Shown here piece after piece: positions 52,168-63,600 of a DNA stretch of 64,000 nt. Every line of letters starts with the position of its first letter. The stretch's first letter is position 1. This DNA is from Sphyrna mokarran. Lineage: Eukaryota. The position numbers and the translations under genes are program-made. The stretch covers positions 57,660,001 through 57,724,000 of the forward strand of contig JAGIQG010000004.1 of the NCBI GenBank assembly GCA_024679065.1, in the 5' to 3' direction. The notes below the pieces were generated by a model. The model was given only the letters and a program-made list of their open reading frames with translations, was not told the origin of the DNA and ran no database searches.

Positions 52168-53677
52168 AACATAAGGTCAGAAGTAGGGATGTTCACTGAA
52201 CACGCTCAGCACCATTCACGACAAATCAGGTACTGAAACAGTCCATGCCCACAAGTCAGAGATTTGCATATAAATCAGCAACTAAAAATAATAGGGAATA
52301 CTTTACATTTCCATTCCATATTTTTATAAATATTTACCTCCTCCCCCACACCGAACATGTGTGTGGATTGCTCTACTAACTTGAGTCAGGTTGGAGTGGG
52401 AACAGATGAAGTCAAGATTTTCTTTTCAGATTCAACCTCAATTTCACATCATAGTCCATTATTAATCTTTAAGCACACCCAGAGGATTTGTTTGACATTC
52501 TATCTATCCATGCAGGTAAATATTCGGATGTAGATGCATAATATTACCATATAATGCAGTTTGTTGCATTATTGAGGGAGATTTGGTAGCTGTCAAATGC
52601 ATTCTGAGTATATTCCTCACAACTGGAGTAGGATGAATATTCAATTCACTCTGATTGATGGCTGTATGGTGGGTGCCATTTGCCTCTTCCTCGCTCATTC
52701 ACTTTCTAAAACAAATGAAATATTATTAAGGGATCGAGCAAATTAATAAAATTATGATGGTGCTGTGACTTTCTTGGGAGTGGAGCTTCCTTCCTGGAGA
52801 CATACTAGCTTTTGTAAAAGAGCAACTGCTTGTGATTAGTGATTTGGAATTTCAGACTGTCCAGGATTGTGAGCCACAATCCAAATAATACAACGTTAAA
52901 CTTTTTTTTACCCATCCTTTCCTTCCTCTATGTCAATCATCCATTGCCTTAGGGCAGGAAATCTGCCATTCGTACTTGGTCTTGTCTACTTCTGCCTTCA
53001 GATCCACAGCAATTTGGTTGGCTCTGAACTGCCGTTTAAAATGGCCAAGCAAACCAGTCCATTCAAGGGCAGTTAGGGATGGGCAACAACTACTGGCTAG
53101 CCACAAAAGAATAAAGAATATAAAATCTTTGCTCTATTGAAATCAGAACTCATTAATTTCATCATAGATCAGGAGAAACTGATCCATCCAGTAAAAAGAT
53201 CGAGAATGAGAGGGCAAGAGTTTAAGATGATTGCAAATGAAGGAAAGTGCAGGCTGTAATGTTCTGGTTATTCTTGTCAGCAGGAACTTACAATCACACT
53301 GATAGTGAACTCCTGCCATAGGATTCTCATTGGGGCAGAAGGGGTAGGGAGATGTATCCCACAGGAACCCCCGTTGGCAGTGGCAACACCATAAATCCAG
53401 CTGTTGGCCAATGGAGGACTGTCTTCGCTACTGGGTATGGAAAATGCCATCCGCACTGTGAGAGAACTTTTTCCAGAAACCTCCAGCCTCGTCCGGGGCT
53501 GATTGTCCGGTGCCAATGCAGTGAATGGGACTTAGAGTGCCAAATTCTCCATTTTTGCTGACAATGGGGCATGAGAGGATGAGATTGGAGAAGCCCACCC
53601 TTTACTACATAGTGAGCAGTTAGGGTCTGGAATACTGTGATGGTGGCAGTTTCAATTGAGATATTCAGAAGGTGTTA

Positions 53678-53982
53678 ACATAGGATCCCTACAGTGCAGA
53701 AGAAGACCATTCGGCCCATTGAGTCTGCACTGACAACAATCCCACCCAGGCCCTATCCCGTCTCTCTAGAAATTTATCCTGTTAAGCCCTCTAACCTACA
53801 CATCCCAGAACACTAAGAGACAAGTTTTGCACTGTGGGAAAAACCGGAGCACCCCAGGGAAACCCATGCGAACATGGGAAGAATGTACAAACTCCACACA
53901 GACAGTGACTCAAGCCGGGAATCGAACCCAGGTCCCTGGAGCTGTGAAGCAGCAGTGCTAATCACGGTGCCATTATGCTGGG
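53678..53982 (-). mobile_element. HE1-type V-SINE
   Basis: actccacacagacagtgactcaagccgggaatcgaacccaggtccctggagctgtgaagcagcagtgcta. Confidence 0.85.
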
Positions 53983-54321
53983 TTGAATATTTGATTAGAA
54001 ACGATATGTGAGGTTAAGAGGAAAAGGTAGGAGAATGATGCTAAATTTTAAGGCTTATTTGGAGAACTGGTGCAGACAGATAGACCAAATGGCCTCCTTC
54101 TGCACAGTAACAATTCTGTGATTTTTCACTTTTTTGCTTTAACATGTTCTTCCCAGAATGTCTAAATTGTGGACCACCTTAATTCTCCCAGCCTTGCTTC
54201 TGTCCTTCAGCCTACAGACTCTTTAAAGCCAGTGTTGGCACCAACTGACCATGTCTTTATTTATATCACTCCTTTTCCTATGAAGATGTTGAGCTGGTGT
54301 TTGCTGCTTTCTGTTTCTCAG

Positions 54322-54435
54322 TGAAAGCTGATGACCTGCAGACAATAAAGCGAGAGCTTACCCAGATAAAGTATCGCATCGATGGATTGCTGGAGAGCCT
54401 GGACAGGATGGAGAAGCAGCGTAAAGCTCCACCAG
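54322..54435 (+). CDS. Internal coding exon of the same hnRNP C/RALY-family gene (coiled-coil oligomerisation domain)
   Basis: Acceptor ctttctgtttctcag and donor gtgagg. T from the previous exon plus TG gives Leu in frame: [38 protein letters not shown], matching the family motif LKxDxLQxIKxELTQIKxxIDxLL. 114 nt. Confidence 0.95.
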
Positions 54436-54819
54436 GTGAGGAGAAGGGTGCACGGGGAGGAACACAAATAATCCTACTCTCGAATGCTGCCTTCAGCTAC
54501 TACATCAGTCTGAGCAACTCACAGCCTGGGGGTCACATGCAGCCCATCTGGGTTCTGAATGTGGCCCACAAGACTTTTTGTTGACCATTGTCCAAGTGCA
54601 GGGTTATCACATTTTGCTGATTTCTACACATGTAGTTTTCTTCTTACCGATGTGACTGAAGTGATACACACATAAAGCAAGAGTGTGCGAAGTGAGTTAT
54701 ATGCTGATTGCTCACAATATTAAATATTTCTTTTGTTTTTACCATTTCAAGTTGATGAAATGTCTATTCATATATAAATGGTTAAACATTGTCTATAACA
54801 GATTATGAAATATTCGGGG

Positions 54820-55946
54820 AGGGGGAATTCTCCCCAAAAAATTCAAAATGCTGAAGTTGCAGGAAAAATGGTGTAATTCACGATTATTTTTTGAGTGGGA
54901 GTTCAGACTCGAATCTTCCGCACTCTGTGCAATGCAGAGATCGCAATCGTGAATATCATTAAAAGCTCGGGGGTTGTTGCCTGTTCACACCAGAGCCTGG
55001 CAGCTGTGGAACTCTGCGCGTGCGTAATGGCCCTAAAGTAGCAGGCTGCACTTTGCTGGCCAGCTCAATCACTGGCCCCAGCAGTGGTGCCCCTGTACCC
55101 ACCCTCATGGCCTGATCAGCCCCCTCAACCATTCCCAGTCCAGCCTTGACCCCTTCCCATCCCAGACCACCCTGATCTCCAGCCCACTATCCCATCCCAG
55201 CATTGATAATACTCCCCCCACCACTCCCCAACACACCATCCCCCAACACACCATCCCCTCCACACCCCACCTCCAGGCTGCCCTGATTGCTGGCCTCCCT
55301 CCAGCCCTGATCAATTCTGCCTGCAGAGTGGCAATAGGTCCCCCCACCATTTCAGTCGCCCCTTAGGCTCTGCCCAGCTAATTCTGCCCCAACTGACCCC
55401 ACCCCTGAGCTCTGCCCTCCTAAGCCCCACCTCCTTGGCACACCTGTTGCCTGGTGGGCAGTGACAAGGTGATCCCTGGGCATGGGCACTTTGCTTCTTG
55501 GGCAGTGCAAGAGGGCACAGTTTGGTGCCCATGCCCAGGGGGCACTCCCCAACAAATGCTCTGGGGGAGTGGGGGGGGGCAGGATGTGCCACGATTGCCC
55601 GCTCCTTCACTCCAGCGGGATCGCCCACTAGCTCCCCAAAACTGAGGAGTTACTCTAAAACCCCGCCGGAGTAATATTGCATTGGTGGAGTGGGACATGC
55701 TATTGGGCCTGGAGAATTCAGTCCTGGACCTGATACTTACATTTAAATCACATTAAAATAAGATTTAAAGTATTTAGCTGCTGGTCCTGCCAGTTTCCGG
55801 CGTGGTCCCGACCACACTGGAGATCCATCAGTGGGAGATGCCCTTATGTTGTGAATTCATGCATGAATCATGCAAATTGGCACACATATAAAACTCCCAG
55901 TCCAACCAGCTGAAAAAATGAACAGGTCAGAATTGGAGAATCGAGC
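54820..55946. mobile_element. Non-autonomous DNA transposon (MITE-like, possibly Harbinger-related)
   Basis: Imperfect terminal inverted repeats gggggaattctcc / ggagaatcgagcc around a GC-skewed low-complexity interior. Confidence 0.45.
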
Positions 55947-57289
55947 CGTCTGTGTGTTTTACATGTATTTAATCTTATTCATGGGGTCATGGTTAGTGAA
56001 AAAGCCTGATTTTAATCTGATGGTCACTGAGATGAATGAGGATCACTCATGCGGCCCACTCACCAGCTGAAGGTTGCCCATCGCTGTACGACATTGTTGA
56101 AGTGGATATATGAGGATAGTATTTAACAAGGTGAGGTTAAAGAATGCTCGTTTTCAGGCCTCTTGTGTCATCACCTAGTTTTCCCAGCTCAGATTATTTA
56201 GAAAGCTTAGCTTCCATTATTCTAGCCCAACACCCTGCCTCAATCCTAGCTGGAGTCCTTCATTGACATGGCAGCCATGAAGAATTTTACTTTTTCCATT
56301 TTCACAGGATGTGGGTGTCAGCGGCTAGGGCAGCATTTATTGCCCGTTCCTAATTGCCCTTGAGAAGGTGGTGGGGAGCTGCCTTCCTGAACTACTGTCC
56401 ATGTAGTGTAGTTCTCCCCCCCCACCTTCACCGTGCCCATAGCCCCCCAACCTACTGCAGCAGCCACCTCTTTAACTGTAATTCATATATAATTGAAGGT
56501 AATGCTGATGAAGTTACAGGATTGATTCTATCATTTCCACTAACACTCATTAAATATACATGTCAATCTTCCAATTCTAATCTACGATTCCAATTATTTA
56601 ATTTATTGTTTCTTCCAGTTAAGAGAACAACTAGTGAAGTGGATGTTTTATTCCAAAAGCCAAAGTACTTCTCTATTTATGCGGACCAGCTTATTTATTT
56701 GTACCAGTTCCAACGTGTTATCGAAATAATCACACTTCCAGGCCACTATGCTTCAGTTTTACATCAGTGCACTTGTGTCTGCTCTTAATTCCGCATCTCT
56801 AATTGCTTCCGTACAACCAGCACCAGGTGCACATTCCCAGTGTTTATGGAACTCAAAAACCCCTCTCTATAGACAAATACCAAATTGCAAAGACAGATAT
56901 TGTTGTTCTATTGCTGCTTATTGTCACAAGGGCTTAGTGGTGCAAAAGATTTCACACTCCTAGTATGACACTCCCCAGGAGTTGCAGCAGCAATGAACTC
57001 TGTTGTATGAAGTACCTGGTCATTTATTGCTCCACTAGAAACACTGGGACTCCCCGTTATTTGCAGTGATTTTTCATTGATCTGGAGCTTGCTGTGATTA
57101 CAATGAATTTGTGAATCTTTGATTTTAGCATTGTTACAAGACTAGGAATTTATTGAGATGACACATCCACAACAGGAGTACTTATTCCCCTGAGCAAAAC
57201 AGTTTGTTTTTTATTCCACCAATGGCTGCTGTTCTATTGCCAATGGTTCAGTAGTCTCGATGCTCTGGGGCCGGGCCCACTGGAGCAGC

Positions 57290-59950
57290 AGTCACTGGGC
57301 TCTGGGATAGGGGTACTGGTGTAGGGGGCAACTGTGCTCAGGGATAGGATTCACTGTGCTCAGGGATAGGATTCACTGTGCTCTGGGATAGGGGGTCACT
57401 TTGCTCTAGGATAGGGGTCACTGGGGTAGAGAGTCACTGTGTTTTGGGATAGAAGTCATTGTGCTCTGGGATAGGAAGTACCGGGGTAGGGGGTCACTGT
57501 GGTCTTGGATAGGGTTCAGTGTGCACTGCAGTAGGGGTCTCTGTGCTCTGTGTTAGGGGTCTCTGTGCTCTGCGTTAGGGGTCTCTGTGCTCTGGGTTGA
57601 GGTCACTGTGCTCTGGGTTGGGGTCTGTGTGCTCTGGGTTAGGGGTCATTGTGCTCTGGGTTAGAGGTCTCTCTACTCTGGGTTAGAGGGTCTCTGTACT
57701 CTGGGTTAGAGGGTCTCTATACTGTGGGTTAGAGAGTCTCTGTGCTCTGAGTTAGAGAATTTCTGCGCTCTCGGTTAGGGGTCTCTGTACTCTGTATTAG
57801 GGGTCTCTGTGCTCTGGGTTAGAGAGTCTCTGTGCTCTGGGTTAGGAGTCTCTGTGCTCTGGGTTGGGGTCACTGTGCTCTGGGTTAGGGGTCACTGTGC
57901 TCTGGGTTAGAGGGTCTCTGTGCTCTGGGTTAGGAGTCTCTGTGCTCTGGGTTAGAGAGTCTCTGTGCTCTGGGTTAGGGGTCTCTGTGCTCTGGATTAG
58001 GAGTCTCTGTGCTCTAGAACATAGAACATTACAGCGCAGTACAGGCCCTTCGGCCCTCAATGTTGCGCCGGCCAGTGGACCCTCTAACCTAAACTATTCC
58101 AATATCATCCATATGCCTATCCACTGAACATTTGAATGCCCCCAAAGTAAGCAAGTCCACAACTGCTGCAGGCAGGGCATTCCACGCTCTCACCACCCTC
58201 TGTGTAAAGAACCTGCCTCTGACATCCGTCCTATAACTACCACCTCTAAATTTAAAGTTATGTCCCCTCGTGTTGGTCATCACCATCCGAGGAAAAAGGC
58301 TCTCACTATCCACCCTATCCAATCCCTTGATCATCTTATACGCTTCAATTAGGTCACCGGGTAACCTTCTTCTCTCTAATGAAAATAACCTCAGGTCCCT
58401 CAGCCTTTCCTCATAAGGCCTTCCCACCATACCAGGCAACATCCTGGTAAACCTCCTCTGCACCCTTGCCAATGCTTCCACATCTTTCTTATAATGCGGC
58501 GACCAGAACTGTACGCAATACTCCAAGTGCGGCCGCACCAGAGTTTTGTACAGTTGTAACATAACCTCACGGCTCCTAAATTCAATCCCTCTACTAATAA
58601 AAGCTAACACACCGTACGCCTTCTTAACAACTTTATCAACCTGGGTGCCAACTTTCAAAGAGCTATGTACGTGTACCCCAAGATCCCTCTGCTCGACAAC
58701 ACTATTAAGGGTCCTTCCATTAGCCCTATATTTCATATGCCTGTTATTCCTACCAAAGTGAATCACCTCACACTTATCCGTATTGAATTCCATTTGCCAC
58801 CTCACGGCCCAGCTCTGCACCCTATCTATGTCCCTCTGCAAACTGTAACATCCATCCTCGCTGTCTACAACTCCCCCCACTTTGGTATCGTCAGCAAATT
58901 TACTAATCCAACCCTCTACACCCTCATCTTGGTCATTTATAAAAATGACAAACAGCAGTGGCCCCAAAACAGATCCTTGAGGTACACCACTTGTAACTGC
59001 ACTCCAGGTTGAATATTTCCCATCAACCACCACCCTCTGTCTTCTATCAGCTAGCCAATTCCTAATCCAAACTGCTAAATCACCTTTAATCCCATGCATC
59101 TGCACTTTCTGCAGTAGCCTACCATGGGGAACCTTATCAAACGCTTTGCTAAAATCCATATACACTACATCAACTGCCTTACCCTTATCTACCTCTTTGG
59201 TCACCTCCTCAAAAAACTCAATAAGGTTGTGAGGCACGACCTACCCTTCACAAAACCGTGCTGACTATCCCTAATCAATTTATTCCTCTCTAGATGCTTA
59301 TAAATCCTATCCCTTATAATTCTTTCCAAGACCTTGCCCACAACAGAAGTCAGGCTCACCGGTCTGTAATTTCCAGGATGGTCCCTACTCCCCCTTTTGA
59401 ACAAAGGGACAACATTTGCCATCCTCCAGTCTTCCGGCACTATACCTGTAGCCAACGACGACATGAAGATCAAAGCCAAAAGCTCTGCAATCTCCTCTCT
59501 AGCCTCCCAGAGAATCCTAGGGTAAATCCCATCTGGCCCAGGGGACTTATCAATTTTCATACCCTCAAGATACGCTAACACCTTCTCCTTATGAACCTCA
59601 ATCCTACCCAGTCTACAACCTGGTATCGCAGTATTCTCCCCGACAACACTGTCTTTCTCCTGCCCCTCTGGGGCAGGGGTCTCTGTTCTCTGGGTTACGG
59701 GGTCACTATACTCTGGGGTAGGGATCACTGTGTCTGGACTGGGATATCTGTGCTCTGGATAGGAGTCACTGTGCTCTGGGTTAGGGGTCACTGTGCTCTG
59801 GGTTAGGGGTCACTGTGCTGTGGGTTAGGGGTCACTGTGCTGTGGGTTAGGGGTCACTGTGCTCTGGGGTAGGGGTCACTGTGCTCTGGGTAGAGGTCAC
59901 TGTGCTTTGGGTTAGGGGTCACTGTGCTCTGGGATAGGGGTCACTGTTCT
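57290..59950. repeat. About 21-bp G-rich minisatellite containing GGGTTAGGG, interrupted by CR1
   Basis: Unit gggttaggggtc(a/t)ctgtgctct, at 57290-58015 and about 59665-59950. Confidence 0.95.
58016..59662 (-). mobile_element. Young 5'-truncated CR1 LINE with a near-intact reverse transcriptase region
   Basis: ORFs 59201-59791 (CR1 part) and 58089-59237 join through one 1-bp deletion at GRSCLT/NLIEFF. Motifs SGVPQGSVLGPLLF and FADD are present, with an (agaacat)n tail. Confidence 0.96.
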
Positions 59951-61144
59951 ATGATTCTGTGGTTCGATGGGTGCTTTCAAACGGAAATCTGTTACTGAAA
60001 AGCAAGGCAGTTATAGAGATTGGTACTGAAGACTTAATTCCTCAGAAAGCCATGCTGACACAAGTGACCAAATGGTCTCCTACTGCACTGTAACCATTCT
60101 GTGATTCTGTAATTTCCCACACCATGTTGCTAAAGTAATTTGTCTGATTAATAATTTAGTGCTGTTTGTGCAATCTACAAGCTGGCTGCTGTCGCCATTA
60201 TAACAATGACTACACTTCATAAATATTTCTTTGGCTGAGAAACGTTTGGCATGTCCTGAGATTGTTGGAGGCATTATATAAAGGCAAACCTTTCATCATA
60301 TCTTCCAGTTTATGAATCCACAATGCCATGCTTCCCCCTAACACTGAGCTGTTGTTTCCTCAGTCTCCCTGTTTCACACACTGCTGCTCCTTTGCTGACA
60401 TTCATTTGAAAGTTGGCCACATGCTGGTGTTTGCTGCAGGCACAAACTCTTCATTTACAGCGCAGATAGCCCACAAACGACACTCCATTTCCAATCTGTT
60501 GTGTCTAATGTGTCAATTACTTATAACACAGCTCTAATGAAGTATAGTTTTTCTCCTGCTTTCTTTCTGTTTGTCTCTCCCATCCAGCTTTTCAATGTGC
60601 TGTCTCCACACACTCCAATAGCCTACTGATGACTTTCATTCAAATGGCCATCCTCCGGGCTTTGCCTCAAGGGATAGAATGTCAGCAGGCTGACGTGATA
60701 GAGGGCATCACATCTGAACTTGATCTAACTCTGACTGCTTTCTAGACATACGTTTATATATCACCTCTAACATCCTAAAGTGCTTCCCAGGAGCGTGATC
60801 TAACAAAGTTGGAAGTAGGGAGGTGTTCAGAAGGTTGGTTGAAGGGGTGGGTTTTTAAAGACGTTTGGAAAGAGGAGGAGCTTGAGGTGTGTGAGGCGTA
60901 GGGAGGGAGCTTCAGAACATGGGACCTACATGGCTGACATTGCAGTGACATAAGAAAGCGCAAGAGGCCAGAGCTGGAGGACTAGAACAGACCGGGTAAA
61001 GGTTACACAGATGGGAAGGGATGAGGAAGATAGCTTTAAATTGGATATAATGAGGGATTGGGGACCAATGTAAGTCAACAAGTGCAGGAGCGATGGGTAA
61101 ATGGGATTTGATTCAGGTTAGGATAGAGGCATGGGGGCAATGTT

Positions 61145-61530
61145 TTCTTTGTTCTTTCACAGGATGTGGGAATTACTGACAGATCCATCCCTAATTGTCC
61201 TTGAACTGAATGGCTTGCTGGGCAATTTCAGGGGGCAGTTAAGTATCAACCACATTGTTGTGTGGGGTTTGGAATTACATGTAAGCCAGACCGGGTAAAA
61301 ATGGTATATTTCCTTTCTTAAAGGGCTTCAGTGAAGCAGATGGATTTTAATGACCATCAGTGATACTTTCATGGTCACCATTACTGAGATTAGCTTTCAA
61401 TTTCAGATTTATTAATTGAATTTAAACTCCATGAGCTGCCATGGTGGGGTTTGAATCCTTGACCCCAGAATATTAGCCTGGGCCCTTTGATAACTATTCC
61501 AATGACATTACCACTACAACACTATCTTCC
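61145..61530 (-). mobile_element. tRNA-derived SINE (same family as 4420)
   Basis: ccatccctaattgtccttgaactga..tgacattaccactacaacac. Confidence 0.7.
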
Positions 61531-62023
61531 CATATTGAGGCCACATGACTCGCTAATGTTGCCTTAGCTGGGAGCGGATTAAAGTACTATTCATAATGGG
61601 ACCACTGAGACAGCTTGCAGCTGTTCAGATAACAACCTTATACGGTGAGAGCAATTCTGAAAAAGCTGCATCTCCCTGACAGTGAGTATGTCAATGTGTC
61701 TTGGCAAGTATCTGAACTAGTTCCAGCTATTGAACATAGGTGTAAAGTAATAAGTTAAAAACAATACAGACAAAATGATTTTTTAAATAATTAAATTCTT
61801 TGCAGTTTGAAACTGGGTCATCCTTACTGGCATTGAAAACTGGGTATTGCCCATTGCTATGGAAACTGAATGTTGTCTGTTTGAGAGTATATACTTCATG
61901 GCTCTCGCTGTTCACTGAGCACTTGCTAACTTGGGGCTAAGATGTATAATTTTTTTTACATTGTTTAAATTGTTTTTTGCACGTTAATATAAAAAATGTT
62001 ACAAGCATTTTTATATCTGGCAA

Positions 62024-62253
62024 AGAACATAGAACATAGAACAATACAGCACAGAACAGGCCCTTCGGCCTTCGATGTTGTGCCGACCAAAATAAAAAGC
62101 ATTGCCCCTCCTACCTAAACCATTCCCTTCTCATCCATATACTTATCCACTAACCTCTTAAACGCCACCAAACTTGGCGCATCTACAACAGCTGCAGGCA
62201 GGGCATTCCACTCCCTAATCACTCTTTGAGTAAAGAACCTACCTCTGATATCC
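62024..62253 (-). mobile_element. Short young CR1 3' end, same subfamily as 12428
   Basis: Near-identical to 12428-12660. Confidence 0.9.
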
Positions 62254-62371
62254 ATTAGAGTGATATCCATTTAACACTTGAATAGCAGGTTAGATGTAAG
62301 GATTCGCATTCTAATCAGCAATCTCTGACTGTCTGTGCTGACGTGTGCTATTGCAGACCAGAACACTGCAC

Positions 62372-62409
62372 TTGCCTGATGAAGACACGGGAGTGTTGAA
62401 AGCTCGCCA
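62372..62409 (+). ncRNA. Minimal hammerhead ribozyme motif in a Penelope-like terminal fragment (62372-62467)
   Basis: gcCTGATGAagacac-ggga-gtgttGAAAgcTCgc, followed by tttactatcaaataaatcggttggatt as in the 2671 element. Confidence 0.7.
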
Positions 62410-62544
62410 TTTTACTATCAAATAAATCGGTTGGATTAATAATTGGTGTTGCTAAATTCTTACTGAATCCATTAGAGTGGCATGGCTTCCCAATTAAAGA
62501 ACAACCTTTTATTTCAGTAGTTTGTTTCATGATTTCAGAATATC

Positions 62545-62935
62545 CCAAAATGCTTTACAGCCAATTCGAAACTTTTTGAAGTGTAGGCCATTGTTGGAAA
62601 CACAATGACCAATTTGTGCACAGCAAACTTTGCAATTAGAATTGAGGTGGAAGACCCCATCATCTGTTTAAATGCCATTGATTGAGGTATTAATATTAGA
62701 CAGCACACAGAGGAGCACTCCCCTTCTCTTCTTTGAACAGTGCTATATCATTGTTTTACATGCGCCAGAAAGGCCAGACTAAGCATTCATTTGAAACTTA
62801 GCCCCTCTGACAGGGCTGCACTCCCTCAGTACTGCACTGAAGTTTCAGCCTGGACTATATGCTCTGGGCTGGGACTTGAACCCACAACCTCCAAACTCAG
62901 AAGTGACAATTCCTCTATTTAGCCACAGCTGATCT
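62545..62935 (-). mobile_element. Deu-type SINE
   Basis: ctgcactccctcagtactgcactgaagt..gggacttgaacccacaacc. Confidence 0.65.
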
Positions 62936-63046
62936 CCAGTCGATGTGCTGGGTCTAAGCAATGGCACCGTTACTTTTGTTTTACTTTGTTGCTGATTTTT
63001 TTTTTGTTTACCCTTCCTCTACTCACCGACATGTTCATTTTTACAG

Positions 63047-63102
63047 AAGCTATCCCTCCTGGACCTTTGCGAAGTGATGTTTCTATCGATCAGAGTCATC
63101 AG
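63047..63102 (+). CDS. Probable next coding exon of the hnRNP C/RALY-family gene
   Basis: Long pyrimidine tract, branch-like ctcac and tttttacag acceptor; donor CAG|gtattg. Phase fits the previous exon (G+AA = Glu) and reads EAIPPGPLRSDVSIDQSHQ with no stop. No recognisable homology, but this part of the family is poorly conserved. Confidence 0.55.
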
Positions 63103-63600
63103 GTATTGACAGCCTGTTAGCCTATTAGATGGCATTGCTGTCTCCCCAGCCAGTGTTCACATGCACACTTTCCAATAGAAGTCAGTGATTAATGGTTGGA
63201 TCTCTGGCTGACTTTCCCTCTACGTGTGATATAATTCAGCCATGTGACATTTTCCTTTACGTTTGTCTCCTTGTTAGCGCCAGTATTACCCACTTACATA
63301 AACCATCCAAGAATCATGACCAGAAGAACGGGGTCATAAGATCATAGAATTTCCTGCACAAGCAGGCAATTCAGTCCATCACACTTGCACTGGTTCCTGA
63401 CTCTTCCACTGGAGCTGTCTAACCCTCATTGATATTTTTCTTTTTCAGTGTATCCAGCACCCATTTAAATGAGCCACTTGACATAAAACATTGAATTTTT
63501 TAACCTCTGTATGGAAAAGTTCTTCTAACTTACCCTTGGTTTATGTCTGCCTTATTGATTCACCGTCCAATAGAAACAATATTTCACCATTTACCCTCTC

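Noticed and set aside
57842-58127. Repetitive ORFs (TPNPEHRDS / LCSGLGVSVLWVR)
   Set aside because: These are minisatellite translations.
58089-59237. 382-aa ORF as a host gene or a prokaryotic retron/DGR reverse transcriptase
   Set aside because: It is an ordinary CR1 ORF2 C-terminus with a CR1 tail and many sibling copies in the window.
57290-59950. Functional V(D)J recombination signals or a true interstitial telomere
   Set aside because: The heptamers lack nonamers and Ig/TCR segments, and TTAGGG is never tandemly repeated.
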